A DNA stretch of 64,000 nucleotides from Squalus acanthias (taxonomy: Eukaryota), in NCBI GenBank assembly GCA_030390025.1, contig CM059426.1:119660001-119724000 (forward strand), in the 5' to 3' direction. A program made the translations under genes and the position numbers. The first letter of the stretch is position 1, and the number at the start of each line of letters is the position of its first letter. Shown one piece after another: positions 1 to 13,189 of the stretch. Below the pieces are notes generated by a model. That model saw nothing but the letters and a program-made list of their open reading frames with translations. It was not told the DNA's origin and made no database searches.

Positions 1-934
1 ATAGCCTGCTGTTACTCATGGTACGTACTCACTCATTCAAAAAGGCGGCTTGGACACAATACTGGTGATGGGCAGGTGTGTTCCTCAGGATGGAGCAGAC
101 AAGGGGAGAAAGGTGACATGGAAAAAAATATTCAGTATGAGCGCTATTGATCATTACACTAAAAATAGGATGTTAAGAGGCAAGTCTTGTTACAGCTCGC
201 AAACTGTCACAGTGCAAGAAAAATAATAGTCAGGCTCACCTTTAGTTAAAGTAAACTGTCTTTAAATGCACATCAGTTTATGAGCCATCTGTGGTGATTC
301 ATAAGTTGATAAATTGATACTTCTTCAGGGATTTGAAATTACAATGCAGTTACACAGAATATACAGCACAGAAACTGGTCATTCCTCCCAACCAGTCCAT
401 GCCAGCCAGTCTACTATACTTTGTTCTCTGGTGTAGCATACATTGTTGCTGACTCCCTCATTAATACAGAACCCTTAAAAACCTGTTTCTTTACGTCTGT
501 GTCCCCCCCTTAAAACCATTTTTGTCTATTGTAGCTTATGTTTGTAAAATCAGAGGCTTTCCCATAAAGTGTGCATACAGAGCCACAAATGTGTAAGGAA
601 CTAAAGGGGCTCAACATAGGTGAGCAATAAATTTAACCCCTTCCTTGTTCCACAAACAAAATCACAAAGTTAGTCACTCAGTTGGCACTATTGAACCTTA
701 AATAATTTGGAATTCATTAATGAGCCCTAAAAAGAGATATTTTTCAGATACATATGAATCATGTATTGATGGCTTTGTATTTTACATGTTTACATATGCC
801 ATGAATTTTGTTAGATGCAGTAGATTGCGAACAATGTTGCCAAATACCAGATTTGTACAGCAGGAATGGTTTATATTACTTTTGTCTTTTTTCTTTGAGA
901 CATTAAACCAAGATCTTGTCTGCCTGTTCTAGTG

Positions 935-1185
935 GTTCAGGTGGATGTTAAAGATCCCATGGCACTACTCAAAGAGCAGCAGGGAGTTCTTCCATTGGTC
1001 TGACCAAAAAAAGAGATTAACTGGTCATTTGTCCAGCTGCTGTTTGTGGAATCTTACATGTGTAAATTGGCTGCCACTTTTGCCTACTTAAGTGACTGCA
1101 CTTCAAGGGAATTCATTGTATGTGAAGAGCTTTGAGATGTTGCCGAGAGACATAATAAGATGCTATATAAATGACAGCTCTTTCT
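935..1185 (+). mobile_element. Deu-domain SINE fragment (SacSINE1/AmnSINE1-like), 3' part
   Basis: TTCAGGTGGATGTTAAAGATCCCATGGCACTA...GCTGTTTGTGGAATCTT...TGCTATATAAATGA; homologous to copies at 26655, 29740, 37846 and 53672. Confidence 0.75.
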
Positions 1186-1902
1186 TTTTAATAGTACCCA
1201 GCAATTCAAGAACAAATTGGAGCATGTCAAAAATATGTTTATATCAGATCTGTCCTTCTGTCGATCTGACTGTATATCTGTATATAGTACATCAGTAGGA
1301 AAGCCTGAAGAGTAGCCGGTATTTCCTAAAGACCGAATACTGATCCAAAACCAGCTTGCCAAGTTGGCTTCCTTTCCACTGTACAGGAAATTTGTTCCAG
1401 TCACTGAAGGAGATGGGCACAGCTGCAGCTTCTGGTCAGGAGCGCAGTCTGGCTGACTCCGATACTCGCCCAACCCTTCTGGGAGGAAGTCAGTGAAATG
1501 CAATACAGGGTGTTGAAAAAAGAGCTTGGGTCAACTGGCCTAGTTATTCATGTCAAATAAAAGTTAAATAAAATTTTGTCACTTTTAGAGGATTAGGGCA
1601 AATCACATTAGCTGTTCTTACATTACAGGGCCTGGCATTTGCCCAGCTTAATAAGTGGCGGTGCAGATTTGTAGATAATCTGCTTGCAGCACATGTTGTG
1701 AGGATGGTAGCTCTTCTAATTATTGTTTCCTGATGCATAGCACAATTCCATCTGCTGCATACACAACGAGGAAGGCTAAAGTCTAGAAGGAAAAGTAATT
1801 TCTCCATGACACGTTTTCAATGAAAAATATTTGGGTTAGCAATAGTAAAACACAACATATCATGACTGCTGAGCATTCAGAAATCTGACAAATCACCAGT
1901 AA

Positions 1903-2275
1903 AGCTCCCCAATGGCTCAGCGAGTTTATCCAGTGTGCAGCTGAACCATATGGACGAGGAAGGACTCCAGGTTCAGTCCTTGGTCTGTGCTGAATTAGCT
2001 CATTTTAGTTGGGCTGGCAAGAGGATCCTCAATGTCCCTGGATCAAGGAAGATCCCACTTCTGATCGCTATCCAGACGCCCCTGCTGAAAGTGCACACAT
2101 GGGCGAGGACTAAACTGTGATGACCCCCTTCAGTAAAATAACCTACTTATAATCACCTTCAAGGCTCATCCAGGAAGAAATGTTGTTTGGGTGAGGTATC
2201 GGAGGGCAACTGATACCTGTGCAACTGTAGCACAACATGGAGAGAATGTCCTCGGTGAGGAAAGAAGCAAAAGAA
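1903..2275 (+). mobile_element. tRNA-head SINE, decayed
   Basis: A-box-like TGGCTCAGCGAG and B-box-like GGTTCAGTCC; body homologous to 24430-24698/25411-25520 (+) and 40060-40310 (-). Confidence 0.6.
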
Positions 2276-3188
2276 GAAAATTGCTGAAGGGGGAATAAGT
2301 TTGAATATTAAAAACAACAGTAACACCGACACAGTTACTGGTGATTTGTAATGTGATCATTTGTTTTTTAGGCCAGAAGAAAGAAAGAACTTGCATTTAT
2401 ATAGCAGTGTTCACAACCTCAGGACGCCCCAAAGTGCTTTACAGCCAATCAAGTACTTTTGCAGTATAGTCACTGTTGTAATGAAGAGGGTCAAAAACCA
2501 CATGTACAGAAGCTTCAGGGACTGAGATTTGTCATGGCCAGATGAGCAAGATGTAAAGTGTAGAGCAAGATTATGCACATGTTAGGTAAGTCTGATTTTA
2601 GTCACCAATCTGATTGAAAATCACCCGTTCTTCTGACTTATTTCTGAAAAGGAATTCTACAATGTGTCATCTAATTGTCTGCTGCCAAAGCCAGACTTTT
2701 GTTTGGGCCAAGATACCCCGATAGATAACACAGGACAGAAAATGACTCTTATTTTGAGTTGTATTCTTTTTAAAGATGTCCTCAGCATTGGTTTCTAATT
2801 TCATTCTCTTTTTGCTTTCCATCAGGTTTCGTAAACTAAATTACAAAAATAATGAAACCTGAGCTTATCCCCTGCTCTTTGACAGATTTTGACAACATGA
2901 TTACCACCAAAGTACAGCATTTAATATAACACAGAAGCAATAATGTAAAAAAAACAAAAAAAGCCGGCCTGTGTGGTTTTAAAGTCCTGAAAGTTGATCT
3001 GAATCTTTGCTTTTTTAAAGTAGGAATAGAAGATCCTGTGTAATTTCTGACACATTTTCGGCTTCTTTTCTCCAATTTTCTCTCTTCTTTTCCTGAAGGC
3101 ATTGGCTCCCAATGAATGTGTATGAGCACTCGCTGACCGCTCACTGGTACCCTGCCCAAGTGGCCACTCTTTATGTGAGCCTGGACAG

Positions 3189-3355
3189 GGGAGGTCACTT
3201 TGACTTTGGGGCGATAGTGGAAAACGGGCGATATCGGCCATTAAACACCTCTCCCGATTGACTTCAATGGAAACAAAAGTCGGGAGAGGTGTTTAACAAG
3301 TGGCCAAGCCGATATCCCCCGTTTTACACTATCATCTAAAGTTTAAAATTTCCCC
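3189..3355. mobile_element. Palindromic non-autonomous DNA transposon (Harbinger-type MITE)
   Basis: Long imperfect inverted arms (GATAGTGGAAAACGGGCGATATCGGC vs GCCGATATCCCCCGTTTTACACTATC; TTAAACACCTCTCCCGA vs TCGGGAGAGGTGTTTAA) around ATTGACTTCAATGG; flanked by CAG/CAG. Confidence 0.75.
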
Positions 3356-3884
3356 CAGTGAGTGTTGGGAACACCTAAGAGAAGCAGGAGTGTATAAATG
3401 GGATTTTTTTTTGGGGGGGGGGGGATTTCTTCAGTGAAGCCAAAACAACAAGGCAGTGTAGTGGGAAAGCAGAATGAGACTGACCTCTTTACAGTGTCTG
3501 CATGAAATAATTACAGACTAAAGTGATTAGTGAACATCTCCTTCAGTACAAAAGACACGGTCTGCGTCATTCAGTCTTTTATTCAGTCTGTTTTAAATTA
3601 AATGTAGAAGCTTGCAGGACAAGAGGAAAAGGAAAGAAGGGTGCATGTGAGATATTGCCTTGTAATAAAGTGTTGTTGTCAACGTTAGTGCCCTCGCAGA
3701 CGTCTGTTCCGAAAGGAGCCATTCATTCCCATTCGTGGGACAAGCTGCTGAACTCTAATTTTCAGCAAAAAGATAAGTTAGCATTTTACTAATAAATCCC
3801 AACAGAAATATTGCACAATTGCACAGTAATTAAAGATTAATGACATGAGCAATTGTTTTGTAGTTCTGACATTTGACTTAAAAA

Positions 3885-4478
3885 TTAGTGTTACCTATCG
3901 GACCTTGGTGAGACCACACCTGGAAATCTGTATACTGTCTTGGTCTCCTTACCTAAGGAAGGATATACTTGCCATAGAGGGAGTGCAATGAATGTTCACT
4001 AGACTGATTCCTGGGATGGGGGAATTGTCCTATGAGGACAGATTGAGACGACTAGGCCTATATTCCCTAGAATTTGGAAGAATAAGAGGTGAACTCATTG
4101 CAACATAGAAAACTCTTACAGGGCTTGACAGGGTAGATGCAGGGAGGATGTTTCCCCTGGCTGGGGAGTCTAGAACCAGGGGTCACAGTCTCAGAATAAG
4201 GGGTCGGCCATTTAGGACTGAGATGAAGAGAAATTTCTTTACTCAGAGGGTGGTGAATCTTTGGAATTCTCTACTCCAGAGGGCTGTGGAGGCTCAGTCG
4301 TTGTTTATATTCAAGACAGAGATCAATATATTTTTGGATATTAAGGGAATCGAGGGATATGGGGATAGTGCAGGAAAGTGGAGATGAGGTGGAAGATCTG
4401 CCATGATCTTATTGAATGGCGGAGCAGGCTCGAAGGGCCAAATGGGCTACTCCTGCTCCAAATTCTTATGTTCTTATA
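3885..4478 (+). mobile_element. CR1 LINE 3' fragment (end of ORF2 plus 3'UTR)
   Basis: ORF 4148-4387 'FPLAGESRTRGHSLRIRGRPFRTEMKRNFFTQRVVNLWNSL' is the CR1 ORF2 C-terminus; TTCTTATG tail. Confidence 0.92.
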
Positions 4479-5159
4479 TTAAACCGACAAATTGACCTGC
4501 ATTTCCAGTTTCACTGGACTTGCTTCAAAGCAGCTATTCAAAGGATAGTTGTACGGGGATGATCGTAACATATCCAAAGTTAAATGGAGTAGATGAAAAA
4601 ACAGACCTTATTTAAGCTGTTCCTCCCTGTGTGTGACATACATGAATCTGGCACCTGAACTGGTGAACAGCTGCTCACTGACTCAAAGAACATATGCTTA
4701 ATGTAACCCTGTCCAAAACCAGCAGGCATCTGTATCCCAGTTTTAATTTACACAAGGAACTAGCACTGACTGTGTTAGCTTTCAGCTGTATAAACATGTT
4801 TTTCAGATTGACCGTCCACCAGCTTCTTCATCGCTTCCTTTGCAGTTAGTGCAATTGGAACATGCTGAATAAAAGTGCACACATTTCAAACCCATTATTT
4901 TGTAAGGAGCTCTGATTACAATTAGTCTGCAAACTGTTTTTTGGTCAGTGTATTTTGCCAATCCCTTACAATAACTGGCACTATAAAACATACAACCATA
5001 CCCTGTTTAGACAGGTGACGACTTGTATGTGACAGAACACATTTTTTATCAAACTTGAATTTCAGATCCTGTTGTGCAGACCTGATAATACCAAAACTAT
5101 TGTGTTATAAATTAAGCCTATGAAACACTGTCCTTTAAATATCACAGACTTCTTAGTGG

Positions 5160-5910
5160 TCACCATGGCCCTCAACTGTGTCTTCCCCAATTCCTGTGCC
5201 TCTGCTGTTACTCTGTTTCAGAACTGTGCCAGGGTCCTCTTGTCTCCACCTTCCACCCACTAGTCTTCACATTCCCAGATCATCCTCCACCCCTTCCTCC
5301 ATCTACATAACCCCACCACTAAGCACAATGTCCCCACACCTTCCCCACCACCAAGCACAATCTTCCCATACCTTCCCCACCACCAAGCACAATGTCCTCA
5401 TATCTTGCAACTTTCTGGAGAGACTCTTTTCCAACTATCACTCTTCCATTATTTCACTCCCAGCTGGTCCCTGTCAAGCACTATTCCCCCCGTGCAACTG
5501 TAGTGGATGCAACATCTGTCATTCTTTTCTTCTTACAGCATTGTTCGGGGACTGAAACGCTGTTTCCACGTGAGACAGCAGTTTACATGAGCTTCGTGCA
5601 GTTTAGAATGCATTATGTCAAATACAAGTTACCACTTTCTGCTCATGTTGTGATCCCCTCTACATCAGGGAGACCAAATGTGGACTGGATGACCGCTTTG
5701 CCAAACAAGCAGGATCATGGACTTTCCCCCTGCCCAGGTGTCCATGGCTTGCCACTTCAACTTCCCTCTCATTCCCACTCTGACCTCTTTGTCTTTGGCC
5801 TCTTACAATGCTTCAACAAAGCTCAACGCAAACTTCAGGAAATATATCTCATCTTCCTCCTGGGCACTCTGAAGCCTTCTGGTCTGAACATCAACTTTAG
5901 CAATTTTAGT
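5160..5910 (+). mobile_element. Penelope-like element remnant (GIY-YIG endonuclease C-terminus)
   Basis: 'SHSHSDLFVFGLLQCFNKAQRKLQEIYLIFLLGTLKPSGLNINF' in ORF 5392-6024 matches the PLE GIY-YIG end; includes a ~31-bp x3 CCCCACCACCAAGCACAAT repeat at about 5310-5395. Confidence 0.8.
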
Positions 5911-7184
5911 CTTGAACGGTCTCATCTATTTTCCTGCCAATTTCTGGCATTCACATTCCACTTTGCTCACTTCCATTTTGGAGCTGTTTACTCACTTTCA
6001 GGGAAGATTTCCTCTGCGCGCTAGGTGCAACAAAATCATAAACTCATTGGGGGCAAAAAGTGGATGATGGTGAATCGGCGGCCAATGGAAAAATAAAATT
6101 GTGCGAGATTAAAAACAATTTTTCACCCGCGGATAAAAGTTAAAGTGACCCCCATCTTTTCTAAACAGGTTTACAACTTTGCTATGGCTAGCACACAAAG
6201 GAATGCTTGTAATGCCTTTTCACAGCCTGACTATAATGACCTTTATATATCATCCAGCAATTTCACATCTGCAGTTTAAAAAAAAATCCATTCCAAAGCG
6301 ATGAAATTCTTTATCTGCTTCTTTGAACTAGTATTTGGGTTACTTATCTCGCAAACTTTACATATTATTCCACTCTCCCATCCCATCTTTGTTTTGCGCA
6401 GTCTTACCCTCCTCTTCTCAGTCCTGATGGAAGATCACTACCCTAATTGTTCATTTTTCTCCTTCCAACAGCTGCAGATCTGCTTTGCATTTGCAGCATT
6501 TTTAAAATGTATTTCCCTCTGTTAACTCTCTATCAGTGAGGTTGAGTTCTTCCAAAGGACAGTAACAGGCCTCTATTTGTTGCAGGTTGGCTCGAGTCAG
6601 AATGGCAGCGCAACTTTGGTGGAGCAGGACATCTCCCAACCCAATCCTACACCCCCGACCCAGGCCCATTCAAATCATTTTGCCAGGATTCCTGCCTGCA
6701 TTGGGGAACTCACCTCTCTTCTGAGTATTGTGCAAGTGACAAAATAATGCATTTTGCCACAGCAATGCAAAATGTTCGTAGTGTCCAGCAGTGCTTTGGC
6801 AGAAATGATGGGAAATACATAGTCTGATGTATTCCTGTCATTCGCACATCATTACAATGTGCCCTCCTATAGTTGGGTGAGGTATTAAATGCTTGATGTC
6901 ACTTCTGGCAGGAACTCCTGGAAATGGTGGATGCAGTGAGCCACTGGGCTTTCCACGCCTCCCCTTCATTTCCAGTTCCAATCTTTTACAAAGGGAACAG
7001 CTGCAACAGGATTTCCAAAGGTGCTGAAGGATGTAAATTAAATTGTATGCGTACCATTTTAAAACATTGTAGCCAAAGTTTTTCTCTTTTGGTGTATTTA
7101 TGCTGGATTGGCTATTGGCAGGCATCCTAGGTCAGCTCATAGCATAGTTATAGCAAAGTTTAGGGAGCACGCAGGGTGGGGGGA

Positions 7185-8700
7185 GGGGTCGCAATTTAAA
7201 CTTTTGGTGCCAAACAGGCGGTTGGCCTCTATCGCCTGCCCATTATTGCTGCCATGAAGCCTATGCCATTTTGAGACATGGCCCTCAACGGTGCTCTGAT
7301 GCAGCTTGCCGGTTGGGCAGGACAGGAAATGGTCCGACAATCCTGGCCTTGCAGGGGGTGGGGGGAGGTGATCCCAGGGGGTGGGGGATGGGGGGAGGTG
7401 ATCCCAGGGGGTGGGGGGTGGGGGGAGGTGATCCCAGGGGGTGGGGGATGGGGGGAGGTGATCCCAGGGGGTGGGGGGTGGGGGGAGGTGATCCCAGGGG
7501 GTGGGGGGTGGGGGGAGGTGATCCCAGGGGGTGGGGGGAGGTGATCCCAGGGGGTGGGGGATGGGGGGAGGTGATCCCAGGGGGTGGGAGGTGATCCCAG
7601 GGGGTGGGGGGAGGTGATCCCAGGGGTGGGGGGATGGGGGGAGGTGATCCCAGGGGGTGGGGGATAGGGGGAGGTGATCCAAGGGGGTGGGAGGTGGGGG
7701 GAGGTGATCCCAGGGGGTGGGGGATGGGGGGAGGTGATCCCAGGGGGTGGGGGGAGGTGATCCCAGGTGATCCCAGGGGTTGGGGGGAGGTGATCCCAGG
7801 GGGTGGGGGGTGGGGGGAGGTGATCCCAGGGGGTGGGGGGAGGTGATCCCAGGGGGTGGGGGGAGGTGATCCCAGGGGGTGGGGGGAGGTGATCCCAGGG
7901 GTGGGGGGAAGGTGATCCCAGGGGGTGGGGGGAGGTGATCCCAGGTGATCCCAGGGGTGGGGGGAGGTGATCCCAGGTGATCCCAGGGGTGGGGGGAGGT
8001 GATCCCAGGGGGTGGGGGGAGGTGATCCCAGGTGATCCCAGGGGTGGGGGGAGGTGATCCCAGGGGGTGGGGAGGTGATCCCAGGGGGTGGGGGGAGGTG
8101 ATCCCAGGGGTTGGGGGGAGGTGATCCCAGGGGGTGGGGGGAGGTGATCCCAGGGGTGGGGGGAGGTGATCCCAGGGGGTGGGGGGAGGTGATCCCAGGT
8201 GATCCCAGGGGTGGGGGGAGGTGATCCCAGGGGGTGGGGAGGTGATCCCAGGGGGTGGGGGGAGATGATCCCAGGGGGTGGGGGGAAGGTGATCCCAGGG
8301 GGTGGGAGGTGGGGGGAGGTGATCCCAGGGGGTTGGGGGGAGGTGATCCCAGGGGGTTGGGGGAAGGTGATCCCAGGGGGTGGGGGGAGGTGATCCCAGG
8401 GTACACAGGCCAAATTCTTCTGGGTCCAGTTGGAGCCTTTCTGCTCCTGCTGGCCACACAAAAAATAAAAGGGGAAGATGGTTTCAGGCTATTTTTGAGC
8501 ACTCTCCAGCGGTCCCTTTAAGGACAACTGGTAAGGAAGTGTGGGGGTTGGGGAGTCCAGGGCAATGGAGGTCGACCTTTCACTAAGAGAGCAGGGCCGA
8601 GCACTCCTGCTCCTCCTAGCCCCACAAAGGAAAGTTATGAACTTACCTGAGTGGACCTCTTCGGTCTTCAGGCCAGGTTGTTGCTGTCGGTATGGCCGCT
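7185..8700 (+). mobile_element. GC-rich Harbinger-type MITE hosting a minisatellite
   Basis: Starts GGGGTCGCAATTTAAAC; after the array carries the family motif GAGCACTCCTGCTCCTCCTAGCCCCACAA...ACTTACCTG also seen in the 24.7, 36.2, 37.2, 41.9 and 60.5 kb elements. Confidence 0.55.
7352..8401. repeat. G-rich minisatellite, core unit ~23 bp GGGGGGAGGTGATCCCAGGGGGT with ~31-bp and 10-bp variants
   Basis: Directly visible array of roughly 40 GTGATCCCAG cores separated by G-runs. Confidence 0.98.
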
Positions 8701-8753
8701 CTTGTAGCCTTGCTCACTTGTTTTAGGCACAAAGGTTTTTAGTTGGAGATAGT

Positions 8754-8929
8754 GGGGCTGAAATTCCATGGGAGTTCAACTGGTCTTCTTGCATAACTCC
8801 AGCGAGACACCAGAGGAGCCCCCAGGGGAATGGCATAACAGGCTATTGCCACTATTTCCCTGGGGGAGAGCGCCAATTTTCCACTGGAGTTACAGCAGGA
8901 GACCAGTTGAACTCCTGCAGAGTTTCAGC
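8754..8929. mobile_element. Short palindromic MITE
   Basis: GCTGAAATTCCATGGGAGTTCAACTGGTCTTCTTGCATAACTCCAG is inverted at the right end (CTGGAGTTACAGCAGGAGACCAGTTGAACTCCTGCAGAGTTTCAGC). Confidence 0.75.
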
Positions 8930-11715
8930 AAATGCATTTGAACTGGTGGGACAGTAGACATTTTCACCTTAACTCGACACCAGAATGGTTAAATTGTTCA
9001 GATGAAAGTTGAGACTAAACAGATACAAGTGTTCTTGGTAAAGTGTTTGTATCTATCTATCTATATGTATATATATGTTTCATATATAAAACATTTTATG
9101 GTTATATAATGCGAGTCTTTACAAAAAAGCTTCAGATATAATGAATTACACAAAGAAAGCTGGCTGTGATAAACACAAAAGACATGTTCTTTTTCTTCTT
9201 CACAAATGTTCAAGAAGTTGCAAATATAAAACCGAGGTTGAGGGGAGTATCCTTTTTAACTTACTTTCAGAAAACATGGACCTTCTTTGTCGACTTTTGT
9301 TTTACAGAATCACAGTTCAGGGTTTCTCTGCAGGTTTAAAAACTCTGGAGTGGTTCCTCCTTCTTTACCCATTGTGTAGTCTTTTCATAGAGCAGGTTTT
9401 CCCAGCAAGTCTGGGGTTAGTGAAGACCTGTCAGAATAAAACAGAGTCTCTAGCTCACCAAAGTGAATGGGCAGTCTGAGACATGGAGAAGTGAGCACAC
9501 TTATCAAAAGCATCTTGAAGGCAGCCACTAAATTATACACAAAGGCATTGTGCATTCCTTAGACTGGTGAACAGTGTGGGAGATGTGTCTGATTCCCTGC
9601 GAGTCCACATGCAAAACAGACAGGCATGAGAGATATCATATAACTTATCAGAAAATTACTGATACTTTTGTTTTAATGCAAGAAATAATAGCTTCCGAAC
9701 ATGCTGAAATGATAACGAAGGATAAATTCAATTAGCTTGGGTTATTTTAAGATAAACTGGATGAATTTGGTCTGTAGCCAGATTTCATTCATGAAACATC
9801 TACTTGTTTCTCTTTCAATTTCTCAGTCTGTAACCTAATCATTCTCTGTCCCTCCACCAATATAGTGTGCTCTGATTCTATAACAAGAAACATTGCTGTA
9901 ATAGTGAAAATGCACGATTACTTCTTTTCACACATATTCTGTACAGATATTTGTCTCCATTTCTGGGGTAGGCTTCATGATCTCATGCTGGTGGTGTGTA
10001 TGGGCCATGCTTAAAATAAAATAATCGCAGTTAAACACTTCAGCATTCAGGTAGCACTCAGTAAAGAAAAGTAAATTACTCGGATTCAGTAGAACACCAC
10101 AAAGCATTCAGGGTGGGATACAGAGGTTCTTTACTAGTTACTCTTAAGTGCTGAACAATAATACAATTAAGTTAGTCATAAAAAGTAAGGATGCAGGCTA
10201 GACTTTGCAAAATTCTACAGCAACTTCCTGAGCACAGAAAGTGTCACTACATAACTGCTGACAAATATCTTCAGATGGTTACAGTAAACAATGTATGACA
10301 ATAAATGTTAAAATCTGAAAGCTTAAATATTGGGAGCACAATCCTTGTTCCTTACATTGCCTTGAATTAGTGTCTCCGAAACCAATTTTTATGGAAGATG
10401 ATAGGAACTTTGAGCAAGTTAAGCGAATTCAAAATAGCAATTTAACCTACTCATTAGCACAGTGTGTTTATTGAAAAGTTCTTTGTTTTTCACTCGAGGT
10501 CTGGCTGTTATAAAATACTGCTGTGGCACAGTGGGATGGATGGTTTTGTTTTCAATGTGTGGTGAGTATGTGATTCAGTAATAGAATGAGACATGCTGAT
10601 CACAATACGTAAATAGCATAGCCGATGAAGAAATTGAAAAGTAAATGGTTCTTCACATGCTGCATTTGTAAAATGGTTTATCTTTTATTGCTTCCATTCA
10701 CTGCAAGGCCAAGTCACTGATGATGAACAATAAGGTCAATTCAGACTTTAGGCTTGGGCTTTGGAAGACCCTAAATTTGAACCCTAAGTCTGACATTAAG
10801 AAACCAGCAAAAAGCTGAACAGCCCCTGGAGTTCATGTGTGACCTCAAGTGTGTCAGCAACAGCATAAACATAATGAGAACTTTTCTAGTGAAATCATAA
10901 ACCTGTCCTTTCAGAATGCTTTCATAATGTTGCTAGAAATAATGAGCAAATGCAATCTTCCCACTCTGTTTACAATGTGACCAACAACATCAACCAGAGG
11001 AAATCTTCCCTCAATGTGTCCTTCACAGTTTCTTCTACCACAATACACCATGTTAAAAATGAAGACCAACCTCATTGAAATACTTGATGTAAATCAGTCG
11101 TGTATTTTCTTTCATCTCTCTGCATTTTAATCTTTGTATCCTTATATTTCACATTCCTCTTCTCCATTCTGTACTTGATGCTGTTTTCACTGGCCTCATT
11201 TTCTTTGTGGTTCTATCTCTTGCTCTCCACTCCTTACCTGTCACTTCTTACCTCTAACGTTATGCTACAGTTCTAGTCATTAGACCTGATGACTAATGTC
11301 TATTAAATACACAACTTTTCAGCAATAGTAAAGCCAACAATTAAACTACAATTCTGAACTATTATTAAGGAAATAAAGATGTCAGCTTTACATGAGTTTT
11401 GGTAGCTGGTCGATCAACATATAGTACAATAAACTGTCCTGCTAAGGTTCCCTACAAGAACTTTAAAAGTCATAAATCGATGATACATTAAAATCGCCGA
11501 GTGGGTTGCATAATTCCATTTCAAATGCTAATAAAAATCCTATGTCATGCCATTTTAATGGAAAAATTCATAATAAAACTTACAACATTTAACTGCGATA
11601 CCTGTTATGCCAGTAGGAAGCGCTGTGATAGGATTTTTCAATGTTAAATATCACATAACGTTACCTGCTAAAACAACAGCATATATTGAGAGATAGTACG
11701 AATAAAATAGGTTTG

Positions 11716-11866
11716 TCAGGGATTTCTCCAAAGGTTCTCCTGATTGGCTGCTGTAACTTTGGTGAAAGATCAGTGGAAACCCCGGATAGATGCGTAAACA
11801 GGATTTCGGCTGATTTTCCGCTAAAGTTATGGCGGCTGATTTGAGAGAACGCCAAAGGAAATTCTC
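11716..11866. mobile_element. Short palindromic MITE, same family as 48763, 59879 and 63127
   Basis: CTGTAACTTTGGTGAAAGATCAGTGGAAA ... TTTCGGCTGATTTTCCGCTAAAGTTATGG inverted arms. Confidence 0.6.
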
Positions 11867-12759
11867 AGAGATTGAGTCTGTGTGTAGTTACAGGCACTGA
11901 CCACTGAGAGTCACTGTGAAGCAACCTAAATATCTGTCAGCCAGCAGCCATGTTGGAGTTGGTAAGTGAGGAAGGTATGTAATGAAGATTAAAAGCAAAT
12001 GTAAACTGTTTTTTTCATAATTTATTTCCCACCTACACACCTCTGAGACTTCCACCCCATCCAGCTGGCTAACTATTTTTTGCGCAGTCAAAATGCTTCG
12101 TCGCAAACTAATTACTCAATTGGTCCTTTGGCCAACCCCACTCGCACACCTTTCAGCCATTGCATCCAGCCCCTGCAACACTCTGAGCCGCCTGCTGGAC
12201 TGCCTGACCTAAAGCCTTTATAGTTTACCCACTACACTTGCCATCCCAAATCACTTATACCATTATCCCACAGCAGGCAGCCTCCTCGATCATCAACCCT
12301 CACAGACTCTGATAAGTCTACCCCAGTTGGTACTGGCAGGATGTCTGTCCCCCACTACCCTGGTTGTTAAGGTTATTTCCCATTCCTCATTCAGATTTGT
12401 TTGCCTTACCCCCCTCAACCTGAGTAGAAACTCCACCTTATACTTTCCCTCCCTACATTGAGAACTCTTACGAATCCAAGCCCCCCATTCCACCCATTGA
12501 ACAGCATTCATACCTTTGTTTACCAGCCCTTACTGAGCAACATTTTACCCTCTCCACAGAGCAGCATTCCATTGTTTATTATCAACATAATTGCCACCCT
12601 ACTTACTAAACAGCATGTCAACTCTCACCTATCTAACCCCACTGACCTCTCTCCTTCCCCCCACGGAGCAGCATTTTGCTCCCTGGCTCCCCAGACATTG
12701 AATCCCCACTAAACTGCATTTAAAGCTTTTGACTTACTATCTCCCTATTGAGCAGGGGA

Positions 12760-13130
12760 ACCATCCCTTGCCTAGATTCCCCTCCACTAATCATCCAAAC
12801 ATCCTCTACCATCTCGTCCTCCACCTCTCCACCTGCTCTTCCCCCTTCCCTTTCTCCCTCCCCCTCACCCATCGAGGTCCAGCCATCACCCATTTGTTTC
12901 CTGCTGCACCTCCTCTCCTCATACCTCTTTCCCGTTCCCACCCCTCCATTCCTCCTCCGCCTGTCATCTCCCCATTTCCCCATCCTCCTCCTCTTCTCCA
13001 CTTCTCACCTCCTTCCTTCCTATCCCCTCCCCTCTCCCCATCCCCCAGTCTCCTCCTACCCTGCCTCCTCTCTCTCTCTCCACACTGCCCCGCCCCCCCC
13101 ATGTATGTCCAGTTCTCCATCCTCTAACCT
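12760..13130. repeat. C/T-rich low-complexity (polypyrimidine) tract
   Basis: Strong C/T skew on the + strand; explains the Pro/Ser- and Gly/Arg-rich ORFs here. Confidence 0.85.
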
Positions 13131-13189
13131 TGCTTAACTTGACTACTCACTTGGACTCCCTGTGTAACGCCATGAGAGATCGACTATAC

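Noticed and set aside
7352-8401. CRISPR-like array (constant core with variable gaps)
   Set aside because: The gaps are only G-run variants, not unique spacers; there are no cas genes and the context is eukaryotic
7137-8502. Three 405-440 aa proline-rich ORFs on the - strand and Gly-rich ORFs on +
   Set aside because: They are translations of the minisatellite, which lacks stops in the minus frames; no coding signature
10712-10797. C/D box snoRNA (ATGATGA...CTGA)
   Set aside because: No terminal stem and no recognisable rRNA/snRNA antisense element
12720-13137. Overlapping Pro/Ser- and Gly/Arg-rich ORFs
   Set aside because: Low-complexity C/T tract artefact
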